Both the position numbers and the translations under genes were made by a program. Of a DNA stretch of 64,000 nucleotides, positions 1-9,762 are shown one piece after another. Below the pieces are notes generated by a model. It was not told the origin of the DNA and did not search any database. It worked only from the letters and a program-made list of their open reading frames with translations. The stretch spans positions 186,001-250,000 of the IMG/VR virus record IMGVR_UViG_3300005613_000001, one strand, 5' to 3'. Positions within the stretch are counted from its first letter, which is position 1, and every line of letters starts with the position of its first letter.

Positions 1-828
1 AAAATTACTCGAATTTGACAAGCCTAAAATATTTAATGTAGTTTCAACATCAACACACTTTAAGTTTCTAGGCATCGTTAATGTTTCATAATTATCAACA
101 AAAGATACAAAAAGTTGCACCCAATTTTTAATACACTCTCCATCTAAAGTGCCTTCAGGAAATCTGAATTCTATTGTACTTCGATCAAAAGTCTTACGCC
201 GACGACTGCGGGCGTAATTCACTAAGTTTAACGCTACCTGTTTTTGATTATTTTCATGAATTGATATGTCAGTAGGGCAGATGATTTTCCAAAACTCTAA
301 TGGATCATACCGCCTCAATAAACTTAACTTCTTCATCTTAGAACCAACGAGCGGACTGCAATAACTTGTGATTCTCCGATCAGGGGCGATACATTGCATC
401 ATTACATTTTCAATTTTAAACCAATTGGCTAAAAGGACACCAATCTGTTCCGGTTCAAAATCTCCCACACCCACATGAACGTGCAAGCCACAGTTATCGT
501 TGATCGTCAATCCACGCCGCCTCAAATGATTTGCAATTTTCCCAATGTGCTGCAAATCTTGGTAGCCGGAGGCTTTGTATGATGCGACTTCCCATCCATG
601 ATCAAAATACTTTCCAAGGGGACCACAGGTGGCATCATATTTAACATGCCAAAAATCGTTATTTAAAGATTGTGCCCAACCATTGCCGCTGCTGGGTACA
701 CGAACTGATTTAAAAGAAACCTCTTTTATAAAAGAGGCGATGTCCTTGCGGGGGACTTCGGGGCCAACTTCTAGTTCCACCCCAAAACTACGGTTGCTAG
801 AAAACCGCTTATACTGAATAGCATGCAT
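1..828 (-). CDS. Putative amidoligase (Amidoligase_2 / COOH-NH2 ligase type 2 family), 3' end runs off the window
   Basis: Not in the ORF track. Hand translation from ATG at 828 (GGAGG RBS upstream) stays open to base 1 and shows RSFGVELE, WHVKYDAT, GWEVAS, CGLHVHVG and TIEFRFPEGTLD motifs. Confidence 0.75.
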   Translation of the reverse strand, partial: MHAIQYKRFSSNRSFGVELEVGPEVPRKDIASFIKEVSFKSVRVPSSGNGWAQSLNNDFWHVKYDATCGPLGKYFDHGWEVASYKASGYQDLQHIGKIANHLRRRGLTINDNCGLHVHVGVGDFEPEQIGVLLANWFKIENVMMQCIAPDRRITSYCSPLVGSKMKKLSLLRRYDPLEFWKIICPTDISIHENNQKQVALNLVNYARSRRRKTFDRSTIEFRFPEGTLDGECIKNWVQLFVSFVDNYETLTMPRNLKCVDVETTLNILGLSNSSNF

Positions 829-877
829 TTTAAGGCTCCCTCCTCAAAAATAACTAATATACGGAAAAAAATCAAGA

Positions 878-1096
878 TTAAGTTTCTTGAACAAATTCCG
901 TGTTTCCCACATCCACCAGACCATCATCTGGTCCAAACCTTCGTCCCTTCGGGGGTTCCGGTGGGGGCATTGATGTAAGAATGCTGTATAGGTCTCCTAT
1001 GCCCTCAGTATTCCTAACAACAAGCGCTCCAATCATAATGATTGAAAGCAAATTTAAAACACACAATATCAAAATAATTACAATTAAAGTTATCAT
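878..1096 (-). CDS. Small membrane protein
   Basis: N-terminal hydrophobic helix, then a Pro-rich linker. Confidence 0.5.
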   Translation of the reverse strand: MITLIVIILILCVLNLLSIIMIGALVVRNTEGIGDLYSILTSMPPPEPPKGRRFGPDDGLVDVGNTEFVQET

Positions 1097-1111
1097 AAAA
1101 TTAAAATAGTA

Positions 1112-2545
1112 TCAAGTAAGTAAAACATCCTTGGGTATAATTTGGCTAATATCCAACCTCGGCGTGGCAGACCCAACACCCTGCTGGGAAATTTCTATCT
1201 TTAAATACGGATCAAGTAGCCACTCAGGAGATTTAAATAAACCGATATTATCGAAACACACATTAAGTTGTCCATTAATATTTGAGGCGGTGGTTGTCTC
1301 TATAATTGCATGAGTTTCAGTATTCAACATAAAACTGAAGACCAAATTCAATCCTGGGGGGCATACCTCTTCTGGAATAAATGCCATCAAAATCCTTGTG
1401 TCGAAATCCTCACCTGTTGTAATATTTTTCCTCTTGATGTATACACTGAACTTCCACACTTCAACGCCTAATTCCGTAGTGCCACTTCGCCTCACTTCTC
1501 CGACATCTACACCACCAACATCAGTTACACAGGCCCATTCAATCAAAATGGTCCAAGTTTCGGTGGAATTCCCATCCTCTCCCACTCCGCTATAATGTTG
1601 ATTAACTTGCCATGACTCATTCCCAGCGTTGTAAATTAAATTCATCACACTAGAAATTTGAAGTCCATTTCTTGTTAAAAATTGCGATAGTTTATTTGTA
1701 TCCTCTAAGTTGTGCCTTGCTTGAACAACCACAGGAACCAATTCGCATTCACAAGCTTCCCGAACTACTGCTGTTGATTCCTCTAGATCTTCACCATCAT
1801 CATCTTGGAACACAGCCTGCAAATCGCTATATTGAGTATAAAATGCCACATTGCTTACAAACTCACCAAGATATACAGTGGCATCCGATTCCCCTTCTGC
1901 ATCAATTTCTATATCAATAATTTCATCTTGAGTGTAACCACTAGAAGAAAATTCGCCCGGTGATGAAATTTCAATATCGCCAAATTCATCCATTCCAAAA
2001 GACCACTCAACAGTAGTCACTATTCCCCATTCGGTGACTACATCACCTGTGAGAACGAACGGGAGACATTCAGGCACTTGTTGCAATACGTGCGGGTCGT
2101 TGCCTGGGAACACTTCAATATAAGTTCCACATCCGTCAAACTCATCTTGATCTTTTGTGAGCGCGGGTTGGGTATATCGGACAATTCTACCGACATTAAA
2201 TACTTCTCTATTCTCACGATAAAACTCAGTAAATCCTCTATCTACAAGCTTCTCACAAAGCTCTTTAAGAGAACACGCCATGACTACTACAATTTGCTTT
2301 CTGTAACAATCTAATGCAGCATTCTCATGATCGTAGTAAAGAGGATACCAACCATTCTCGCCCCAAATTATACAACGAAACTTTTGGCATATACTTTCAA
2401 CCTGCCAGTAGTACGGAATGCATTCACCCACATTATAAACAAATTCCTTCTCAATGGTGAATTCATGTGAATTTAACGAGCCGGATGAGGAATGAGCCCC
2501 ACCAGTTTCAGCACCGCCCGTTGGATATTCTGTATATGTAGCCAT
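1112..2545 (-). CDS. Hypothetical acidic protein, possibly a virion protein
   Basis: 477-aa ORF with a TATATA box at 2551-2556 just upstream; no family recognised. Confidence 0.55.
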   Translation of the reverse strand: MATYTEYPTGGAETGGAHSSSGSLNSHEFTIEKEFVYNVGECIPYYWQVESICQKFRCIIWGENGWYPLYYDHENAALDCYRKQIVVVMACSLKELCEKLVDRGFTEFYRENREVFNVGRIVRYTQPALTKDQDEFDGCGTYIEVFPGNDPHVLQQVPECLPFVLTGDVVTEWGIVTTVEWSFGMDEFGDIEISSPGEFSSSGYTQDEIIDIEIDAEGESDATVYLGEFVSNVAFYTQYSDLQAVFQDDDGEDLEESTAVVREACECELVPVVVQARHNLEDTNKLSQFLTRNGLQISSVMNLIYNAGNESWQVNQHYSGVGEDGNSTETWTILIEWACVTDVGGVDVGEVRRSGTTELGVEVWKFSVYIKRKNITTGEDFDTRILMAFIPEEVCPPGLNLVFSFMLNTETHAIIETTTASNINGQLNVCFDNIGLFKSPEWLLDPYLKIEISQQGVGSATPRLDISQIIPKDVLLT

Positions 2546-2592
2546 CCCTTTATATATGGGAAATATATGTGGAAAACGTTATTTGAATATTT

Positions 2593-3246
2593 TTACGCTT
2601 CCAATCTTTTTAAAATGTCAGATACCAATGGATGTCTTACAATGGAATCTTCTCCAAAACGAATAACACCCACACCAGGCAAGGTCTCAATCCTATGGAC
2701 TACATCAACAAGAGCTACATTTCCATTAGTGTGAATGTCGCTTTGTTTTGGATCGCCCGTAATAATGATTTTGCTATTCTGCCCAAATCGGGTAAGAAAC
2801 AATTTTAATTGTGAGGGAGTGGCATTCTGAGCCTCATCAAAAATGCAGACTGAGTTATCAAAAGTACGCCCTCGCATATAAGCAATGGGGGCCACTTCCA
2901 CATACGTATTCACAAAATTGTCAAAACTCTCCTGCCCAGAGCCAACAAGCTTCTGTACGCAGTCAAATACAGGGAGAATATATGGATTTATCTTTTCTTC
3001 AAATGTCCCTGGAAGATAGCCAAGACTTTCGCCAGATTCTACGATTGGTCGGGTTAAAACCATCTTTCTTTTGGTCTTATCCAGAATCTCAGCAATGGCA
3101 AATGCCGCAGCTAAATGTGTTTTTCCAGTCCCGGCAGGGCCTAGCATTGCTATAATATCATGTTCTTTATAAACAGAATAAGCAAGTTTTTGAGCAGAAT
3201 TAAGAAAGTTTATGTGAAATTGTCCGTTAGTTTTTTTCCGCGCCAT
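2593..3246 (-). CDS. phoH: PhoH-family ATPase
   Basis: GPAGTGKT Walker A, LTRPIVESGESLGYLPG, YMRGRTF, DEAQN, ITGDPKQSD, VRHPLV. Confidence 0.93.
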   Translation of the reverse strand: MARKKTNGQFHINFLNSAQKLAYSVYKEHDIIAMLGPAGTGKTHLAAAFAIAEILDKTKRKMVLTRPIVESGESLGYLPGTFEEKINPYILPVFDCVQKLVGSGQESFDNFVNTYVEVAPIAYMRGRTFDNSVCIFDEAQNATPSQLKLFLTRFGQNSKIIITGDPKQSDIHTNGNVALVDVVHRIETLPGVGVIRFGEDSIVRHPLVSDILKRLEA

Positions 3247-3310
3247 ATGAAATCAATCCTTCTACCCTGTATATAGACATGGCGTATTTCAATATTTCAG
3301 ATTCTAAGGC

Positions 3311-3316
3311 TAAATA
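3311..3316 (+). promoter_or_regulatory. Putative late promoter box TAAATA
   Basis: Motif 7 nt before ATG 3324; recurs before many genes. Confidence 0.5.
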
Positions 3317-3323
3317 AATTATA

Positions 3324-3767
3324 ATGCAATTTAGAACCTTTTTAATAGAGTCAGAGAGTGACTATAAGGAAGAGTTGAAAAAAACGATATCTAAAATTCC
3401 TAAAGCTCATGCTGCGCTTATTAAGGGTTTTAAATACATTTTCCAAGGAACAAATACTTTAAAAAATGACGGGGAACATGTAGGTCTCATAGATCAAAAA
3501 AACAAAAAAATCGTTATTGCATCTCCTTGGAATTACGGCAGAGAATACACACTTTTACACGAAATAGGTCATTTAGTATATGAAAACTTCATGACAGATG
3601 AATTGAAAAAGCAATGGAAACGGATTGTAGAAAGGACTAAAGATAAGCAAAACCAAGGAGCGGAAGAGCTATTTTGTATGGCATATGCTAACACATACGC
3701 CAAAAATAAAATTGAAATTCACTCCCACGGCGAATGGGAGCAATTTATTAAAAAATTGCCTAAATGA
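3324..3767 (+). CDS. Zincin-like metallopeptidase with a capsid-targeting-like N-terminus
   Basis: LLHEIGH (HExxH) plus downstream AEELFC; N-terminus MQFRTFLIE. Confidence 0.6.
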   Translation: MQFRTFLIESESDYKEELKKTISKIPKAHAALIKGFKYIFQGTNTLKNDGEHVGLIDQKNKKIVIASPWNYGREYTLLHEIGHLVYENFMTDELKKQWKRIVERTKDKQNQGAEELFCMAYANTYAKNKIEIHSHGEWEQFIKKLPK

Positions 3768-3793
3768 CATAGATACTGAAAAAGAGGATAAGA

Positions 3794-4198
3794 ATGGGCA
3801 TTCGATATAAACTTAAAAGCGAAGCTGATAGAATTGATTACCTCCCCCCCCACGGACCAGGATCACAAGGAAGACAAGAGGCGGCTAATGTCGCTGATTA
3901 TACCGTGGACTTCTTACTCCAAAAAAGACTGCGCACGGTCGTAAAACGAAAATCAGGAGAATTAATCCAAGAAGACGATTCCCGAGAAGGAGAATACGTT
4001 AAAGATACCTATTTCGTAGCCGCCTCCATACCCGATGGAACTGCTGACAATAAGCCTGAGCATGTCACATTGAGACGACCTGTTGGTGCTTTTGATGTGA
4101 ATGTTATTCTTTTCGTAGAAGACGGCGAGGGTCCAGTCGTGAGCATGATGATGATGGCACCTACAAATGCTACATTGATTCCATTCTGGTCGTTTTAA
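3794..4198 (+). CDS. Hypothetical protein
   Basis: GAGG RBS, TAGATA box at 3770-3775, 134-aa ORF. Confidence 0.55.
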   Translation: MGIRYKLKSEADRIDYLPPHGPGSQGRQEAANVADYTVDFLLQKRLRTVVKRKSGELIQEDDSREGEYVKDTYFVAASIPDGTADNKPEHVTLRRPVGAFDVNVILFVEDGEGPVVSMMMMAPTNATLIPFWSF

Positions 4199-4941
4199 AC
4201 ACCTGCTGTTAATTGCTGGGCATCTCGAAGCAATCCCGGTATTGTAACCATAGCTTGTTCGCTTAATCTCTCATATTCATTAATATCAAGAGAAAATATC
4301 TTATAATGATGACAAACAGGATTTCGCATAATCTGGGGCTTCCACCCACGATTTTGTGCCCTGACCGTCATAATAAAATTACCTCCAATTTGAGGTAGCT
4401 CTTTGGGATAAGGACCAATATCATCCCAAGTCTTGCGAGTGACCAATAAGCAATATTCCTGAATGAAATCTACTTTCTGGTTTTGCATATAATAAGACTG
4501 CAACTCAACACCCACCATTCCTGAATCCTGAGCCTCTGAAACATTAATTAATAAATCAATCCAGGCAGGATTAGTAATTACCACATCGCAATGTAAGAAA
4601 AGAAAATAATTAGAACCTTTATCTGCTTGCTCAATCCCCTTGTTGATGGCCGGACCCCAGTATAAATTTTCTTCATTCCTAACAATCTTAATTCCATCAT
4701 CTTCAATTTCATCCAAGAAATCCTGTGTTTCTTGACCAGATCCATTGTCAACTACTATAATCTCATAATTATTATTACTGCTAGTGACTGCTATGGATTG
4801 CAAACATATATTTAAATATTCAGGTCTATCCTTGTGTACTACAATAACTGAAATTTGCTCTTCACTTCCATCTGCTGTCATATTAAAAGACAACTCCGGC
4901 CTCTCGCCCTCTAGGGGATTGTGTGGTGTAATATTTGCCAT
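4195..4941 (-). CDS. Glycosyltransferase family 2
   Basis: ISVIVVHKDR, EIIVVDNGS, AINKG, FLFLHCD GT-A signatures. Confidence 0.8.
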   Translation of the reverse strand: MANITPHNPLEGERPELSFNMTADGSEEQISVIVVHKDRPEYLNICLQSIAVTSSNNNYEIIVVDNGSGQETQDFLDEIEDDGIKIVRNEENLYWGPAINKGIEQADKGSNYFLFLHCDVVITNPAWIDLLINVSEAQDSGMVGVELQSYYMQNQKVDFIQEYCLLVTRKTWDDIGPYPKELPQIGGNFIMTVRAQNRGWKPQIMRNPVCHHYKIFSLDINEYERLSEQAMVTIPGLLRDAQQLTAGV

Positions 4942-4943
4942 AT

Positions 4944-5177
4944 TTAATTCTCAATATCTATTTCATGTACTCCAACTTGACATACGCACTTAATCGTCTT
5001 GCCCTCAGAAGTAATAATATTTTCTTCAAATTGCTCTCTGGATAATTTATTCACAAACTTCTCAGCCCGTGCTTTGTCCATAAAAACTCTCTCAAATCTA
5101 ATTCCAACGTGATCTAGAAGCGCAGAAGGCCCATCTATTTCCCTAGAAACCGTAACCACTGCCCATGCCTTTTTCAT
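4944..5177 (-). CDS. Hypothetical protein
   Basis: Part of a tightly packed minus-strand run. Confidence 0.55.
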   Translation of the reverse strand: MKKAWAVVTVSREIDGPSALLDHVGIRFERVFMDKARAEKFVNKLSREQFEENIITSEGKTIKCVCQVGVHEIDIEN

Positions 5178-5479
5178 CTATTTTCCTCCCGCCTCTGTTT
5201 AGCAATGCGACTCAATTGAGCTTTCACTAACTGCTTATAACGTGGCAATACGCCGTGCGGATATTTAGAAATCGTTTTTATTAATTCTTGTGTCGTGTAC
5301 TCATCATACTCTTGTTCTTCAATCCATCCGATTACAGATTTCAAAGTAACCTCAACACCACGGCTCCTACTTTTAGATTTGGTATCTTGAGAGGCGGCTT
5401 TACTCTCTTGAATCATTTGTCGCATATTACTGGCCCTGTCCTGCGACACTTGTGTATCAAAATTTAGCTTTTCTGGCAT
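5174..5479 (-). CDS. Hypothetical protein
   Basis: 4-nt overlap with the next gene, helical composition. Confidence 0.55.
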   Translation of the reverse strand: MPEKLNFDTQVSQDRASNMRQMIQESKAASQDTKSKSRSRGVEVTLKSVIGWIEEQEYDEYTTQELIKTISKYPHGVLPRYKQLVKAQLSRIAKQRREENR

Positions 5480-5805
5480 TGTGCCCTTTCTTCTTTAAAT
5501 TGCTCTACAACTTCCGGTGGAACCTCAGGAATCGCTACATCATGTCCGAAACTTCGCCATCGAAGAAACTCAAGCGTTTTACTCTTCAGCTTTTCTAAAT
5601 GAGGAAAATCACCCTGGAAATCAATCTGCTGTGTCTCGTAATCTATGTATCCCGTGACTAACGTTGAGACTCCATCTATTTCACAAGTCACCCTAATAGG
5701 GATCACATTAGCTACATGAACAATTTTAACTTCAGAGTCATCATCGTCAGGAACAGGAACCGCCTCCATTTCTTCTACATACTTAAAGCGAGTATCCTCT
5801 GACAT
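5464..5805 (-). CDS. Hypothetical protein
   Basis: ORF in operon-like arrangement. Confidence 0.55.
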   Translation of the reverse strand: MSEDTRFKYVEEMEAVPVPDDDDSEVKIVHVANVIPIRVTCEIDGVSTLVTGYIDYETQQIDFQGDFPHLEKLKSKTLEFLRWRSFGHDVAIPEVPPEVVEQFKEERAQCQKS

Positions 5806-5857
5806 TATTGAACTCCAATAGACTAAATAGGTTGTGAAATTAGTATAGTAACTGCAT

Positions 5858-6286
5858 ATGTTAAAATTTAAAGAATACCTTCGGCAAGTGGAAATGAACG
5901 TACCAGGAAAACACCTGGATTACGCACAAGGAGCCATAGGTCCAAGCCACAACACGGGAAGTGAAACCGGAGCTAGCGATACATATGGCAACAGAACACT
6001 ATCAAGCCAAGATTTAATAGTCAAAGGCGTGCCACATGAAACGATTGTGGGTCGCGTTTCAATGATTGACCCATCTAAAACCCCAATCTATATACAGGTA
6101 GCCAATGACCGGGGTGTAGTTTTAGCTCATATTAAAATACCCGAACGAGATTTAAATATGAGACTTACAGGGGTGCCGTCAAGATTAGAAGATATAAAAG
6201 GTAAGCGAATAAGAATCGTCCTTCAGCGAAGTCAGGAAGATACGTCCAAAACCTTTACGAAAATAGCTTGGGGACAAATTTATTGA
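5858..6286 (+). CDS. Hypothetical protein with a capsid-targeting-like N-terminus
   Basis: MLKFKEYLRQVE start; TAAATA at 5824-5829. Confidence 0.55.
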   Translation: MLKFKEYLRQVEMNVPGKHLDYAQGAIGPSHNTGSETGASDTYGNRTLSSQDLIVKGVPHETIVGRVSMIDPSKTPIYIQVANDRGVVLAHIKIPERDLNMRLTGVPSRLEDIKGKRIRIVLQRSQEDTSKTFTKIAWGQIY

Positions 6287-6492
6287 GGCCGATTGTGAAA
6301 CGTGGTCACCGGAACCTTGTCAGGATCAAGACCAGGACCATACGGTGAGGGGCAATAATCTTTAGATAGCTTATCGATCACACGATCAGCAACCTTATCT
6401 ACTACAAAATCACCCACGATCATCAATCCCATAATGACAGCGAATGCACCCACAACTATTAATAACACCTGCTTACTCTTTAAGTTTTTCAT
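6280..6492 (-). CDS. Small membrane protein
   Basis: Single N-terminal TM helix; AGGAG RBS. Confidence 0.55.
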   Translation of the reverse strand: MKNLKSKQVLLIVVGAFAVIMGLMIVGDFVVDKVADRVIDKLSKDYCPSPYGPGLDPDKVPVTTFHNRPQ

Positions 6493-6548
6493 TCCAATTC
6501 TCCTAACTGGTTTATAGTAGTATTTATTTTATCATAATAAGTTTTAAC

Positions 6549-7505
6549 TTACAATAGGGCTAATTTTTTCAATAGAGACTCATGCTCTTCAGTAAGTTTA
6601 TCAGGTATCAATAGATTTAAAGACACAAATAAATCGCCACGCCCCTTTTTCCCTTTCAATCCCAATCCATTTAATTTAAATTTATTCATAATGCCAGTGC
6701 GGGGCGGTATCCAAAATTTCGTTTTTTGTCCATTTATTGTTGTCACTTCCATATGAGTGCCAAAAATTAAGTCCGTGTATTTCACTTCTTTTTCACAATG
6801 TAGATTTAATCCACTTCTGGTAAATTCATTGTGTGGTTTCACCCTCACATGAATGAATAGGTCGCCATTTTGAGACGGTCCTGGCTGTCCTTCTCCCGAA
6901 AGTGCCATTAATTGATTGTTTTCAATGCCCGGAGGAATCTTCACATCTAATGAAGTGACTTCTGATCCACACCGACCTGAGCCGTTACACTCCACACATT
7001 TATTTTTAGGGATCTTCCCCATTCCATTACAAAATGAACATCTAGCAAAAAATTTAAAAGGGGCGTTATGATATTCTTGTTGTCCCGACCCTTTACAAAC
7101 CTCACAGGGCACTAAATCAGCAAACCCTTTTCCGCCACACTCAACACAAGCCTGCATCTTTCTAAAAGACACAGACTTAGTACACCCGTGGAATACATCT
7201 TCCAGAGTTACCGTAACATCGGTATGAACATCATTCCCACGGTTCTTTCTAAAGAAATCACCACCAAAAACACTGAAGGGATCAAAAAAACCGCGAGATG
7301 CATGACCCCGATGGTCATACACCGCACGTTTTTCTTCATTACCCAAAACCTCATAGGCTTGAGCTACTTGTTTGAATTTATCTGCTGCCTTGGGATCATC
7401 ATGATTGGTGTCAGGATGAAACTCTCTGGCTTTATTCCGATAGGCAGCATTAATTTCTTCAGGCGTGGCACCTTTAGGAACGTCTAATATCTCATAGAAA
7501 TCCAT
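6549..7505 (-). CDS. dnaJ: DnaJ chaperone
   Basis: J-domain with HPD, four CxxCxGxG zinc repeats, C-terminal GDLFIHV/GDLFV domain. Confidence 0.93.
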   Translation of the reverse strand: MDFYEILDVPKGATPEEINAAYRNKAREFHPDTNHDDPKAADKFKQVAQAYEVLGNEEKRAVYDHRGHASRGFFDPFSVFGGDFFRKNRGNDVHTDVTVTLEDVFHGCTKSVSFRKMQACVECGGKGFADLVPCEVCKGSGQQEYHNAPFKFFARCSFCNGMGKIPKNKCVECNGSGRCGSEVTSLDVKIPPGIENNQLMALSGEGQPGPSQNGDLFIHVRVKPHNEFTRSGLNLHCEKEVKYTDLIFGTHMEVTTINGQKTKFWIPPRTGIMNKFKLNGLGLKGKKGRGDLFVSLNLLIPDKLTEEHESLLKKLALL

Positions 7506-7807
7506 TATTCCTCAAGAACAGCCTTTACCGAATTGGGCTCAATTGTACCGATTTGTCGCTCTGAATCGTTAAACTTTGGGGCCTCTACAAAACCACCAGA
7601 AAGCATAATGCGATTCCCCACATCAAATCCCCACTCCTCGGGCTTAACTCTCGGACCCATCGCCAAAATGTAGGCTTGTGGGGTGTCCATTACATCCTGG
7701 TTATCTACCAAATGCAACTTAGTACCAAGAACCTCATCCTTATTCAAAATCTCAACTAAAACCTGACTGCCTACAGGGGCTACACCAGTTATCTTAGGTA
7801 CACTCAT
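7505..7807 (-). CDS. groES: GroES-like co-chaperonin
   Basis: PVGSQVLVE, ILAMGP, FDVGNRIML pattern; 100 aa; adjacent to dnaJ. Confidence 0.7.
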   Translation of the reverse strand: MSVPKITGVAPVGSQVLVEILNKDEVLGTKLHLVDNQDVMDTPQAYILAMGPRVKPEEWGFDVGNRIMLSGGFVEAPKFNDSERQIGTIEPNSVKAVLEE

Positions 7808-7821
7808 CTTTCTCTCCTTTG

Positions 7822-8085
7822 TTAAGAATCACTCCAAAAATTATTTGCATGGTCATAAACTACGTTGTTATTAGCCACAACATAGTCATTGTTAAGCGTA
7901 ACATCATTCGCTCCAACAGTAGTAGTAATATAACTGCTAATTTGCTTATCTACTTTGTCTGCCAACTGGTCTTCAATTACAGACTCCACAATGGACTCTG
8001 CCAAATCAAACGGACTAGACGCTCCCAAATGATACACTTCTAACAATAAAGACTTCAATTCTTCTCTGCTTAATCTATAATTCAT
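7822..8085 (-). CDS. Hypothetical protein
   Basis: 87-aa ORF in operon. Confidence 0.5.
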   Translation of the reverse strand: MNYRLSREELKSLLLEVYHLGASSPFDLAESIVESVIEDQLADKVDKQISSYITTTVGANDVTLNNDYVVANNNVVYDHANNFWSDS

Positions 8086-8783
8086 AAAATAACACCTAAA
8101 AATTCCAAATCTGACCTGCGTAAAATTTCCAAATTTATATCAGGATTCGATTTGTATATGCACTCAAACTTTTCTTTTTGTAAATTAAAATGGTACTCAT
8201 TTTTTATATCAACATAAGCATCCCACTCGTATATGTAAAAATCGGGATAATACAACCTACTACTTTCATGTATATCCAGATATGTTATCCTTCCTTTGTG
8301 TGTTTCAAACAACAAACCACTCTCATCAGCCCACTTGGCAAAAGCAAGTTCCCATGTGCCTTGACATTTAATAGTTTCTCCATTTACCTTCTTATATTCA
8401 TACCACTTACACTGACCAACTCTAACTCCTTCAAATTTGCCATCAGCCCATGCTTTTTTAGTTTTCTCTGAGTAATGTTTGCGAACTTTAATATCAGCAA
8501 ACATTTCTTTTCTCGCAACAGATACTTTAGTGCGAGCCTCTAATTTCTTCATCCCATTACAATCACCTAAATTAATTTTACCTTTAGTGCTTTGCTTAAT
8601 TTTAAAAGCCCATTCTGGATTATTCTCTTTGGTACAATAAGTCTTACCATAAGCAGGATTATTCTTACCTGTTTGATATTGATTTACACACTTTCTAGAA
8701 CAAAACTTCTGCTTATTTCTATTTTTAAATAAGGCTTCATAATTTTGATTACAAAACAAACACTTTTTAATTACTTTTGACAT
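8082..8783 (-). CDS. Free-standing PD-(D/E)xK-type putative homing endonuclease
   Basis: N-terminal CxxC...FCSRKC zinc motif and basic helices; C-terminal GTWELAF, YYPDF, YVDIK. Confidence 0.65.
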   Translation of the reverse strand: MSKVIKKCLFCNQNYEALFKNRNKQKFCSRKCVNQYQTGKNNPAYGKTYCTKENNPEWAFKIKQSTKGKINLGDCNGMKKLEARTKVSVARKEMFADIKVRKHYSEKTKKAWADGKFEGVRVGQCKWYEYKKVNGETIKCQGTWELAFAKWADESGLLFETHKGRITYLDIHESSRLYYPDFYIYEWDAYVDIKNEYHFNLQKEKFECIYKSNPDINLEILRRSDLEFLGVIL

Positions 8784-9733
8784 GGATTTAGCGGCTCTTG
8801 CTTTTCTATTTTAGTTACCGCTCGACCAACTAATTTTTCCCAATCTTTTTCAGGTCTGACCTCTAAATTTTTCTCCCAAGCACCACTCATAACTTTTGGA
8901 TCAACACCAATTTGTTTTGCCATAAACATTAGAGCATTTATATCTTTAACAAAACACGATCCTGAAAACCCCGGCAGTAGTTTTCCGCTACCATCGCTCG
9001 AAGGTGAAGGCCCCGGAACCATCCAGTGAGATACGCCAAGTCGTTTATCTTTAGTTGCATATTCGATTATTTTGTCATAATCAACATCATATAATTTATC
9101 ACAAATTTGTTTCATCTCATTCGCAAAACTAACTTTAACAGCAAGAAAACAATTTGTTACGTACTTAACCATCTCTGCGATGGTGGAGCTAGTTTTAGTT
9201 ACAGGCACCTCTGGATATGCCGTAGAATACATCTGCTTCAAAACAGACGTACCTTCACGCGGACCACCAATAATAATGCGATCCTGATTCTTGAAATCAT
9301 TTACAGCATCTCGCTCTGTTAAGAACTCAGGATTAAAACACACCACATTCATACTTGCATTATCATTAAGCTGAGCTACTGTGCCTGGCGGAACGGTAGA
9401 CTTCACTACCACTACTCGCTGAGTGTCGGAAAGCGAATCTAATTGCGTTACTACTGTCATCACAATAGAAGTGTCCGCCTCACCATTCTTTTTCATCGGT
9501 GTCGGAAGACAAACAAAAATAGGGCCATCTGTTCTCTCAAGTAAATATTCCAACCCATTTTTATCAGGAGGAATCCTATACCCCTCTACCCTAACTTCCG
9601 CTTCGTCATTTCTCCAAACATAAATTAAATCAGGGTCTTTCTTGTCATAAGTAACAACCTCAAAGGCATGTCGCATACCTTCTCTTACAGCACTACCAAC
9701 AAAACCCTGCCCCACGACACCAATAGTATTCAT
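8771..9733 (-). CDS. UDP-glucose/GDP-mannose dehydrogenase family protein (short form)
   Basis: GVVGQGFVG Rossmann motif, FVCLPTP, VKSTVPPG, FNPEFL, EMVKY, GFSGSCFVKD catalytic Cys. Confidence 0.85.
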   Translation of the reverse strand: MNTIGVVGQGFVGSAVREGMRHAFEVVTYDKKDPDLIYVWRNDEAEVRVEGYRIPPDKNGLEYLLERTDGPIFVCLPTPMKKNGEADTSIVMTVVTQLDSLSDTQRVVVVKSTVPPGTVAQLNDNASMNVVCFNPEFLTERDAVNDFKNQDRIIIGGPREGTSVLKQMYSTAYPEVPVTKTSSTIAEMVKYVTNCFLAVKVSFANEMKQICDKLYDVDYDKIIEYATKDKRLGVSHWMVPGPSPSSDGSGKLLPGFSGSCFVKDINALMFMAKQIGVDPKVMSGAWEKNLEVRPEKDWEKLVGRAVTKIEKQEPLNPCQK

Positions 9734-9762
9734 AATTTACTCCATTTCTACTAATAAAATAG

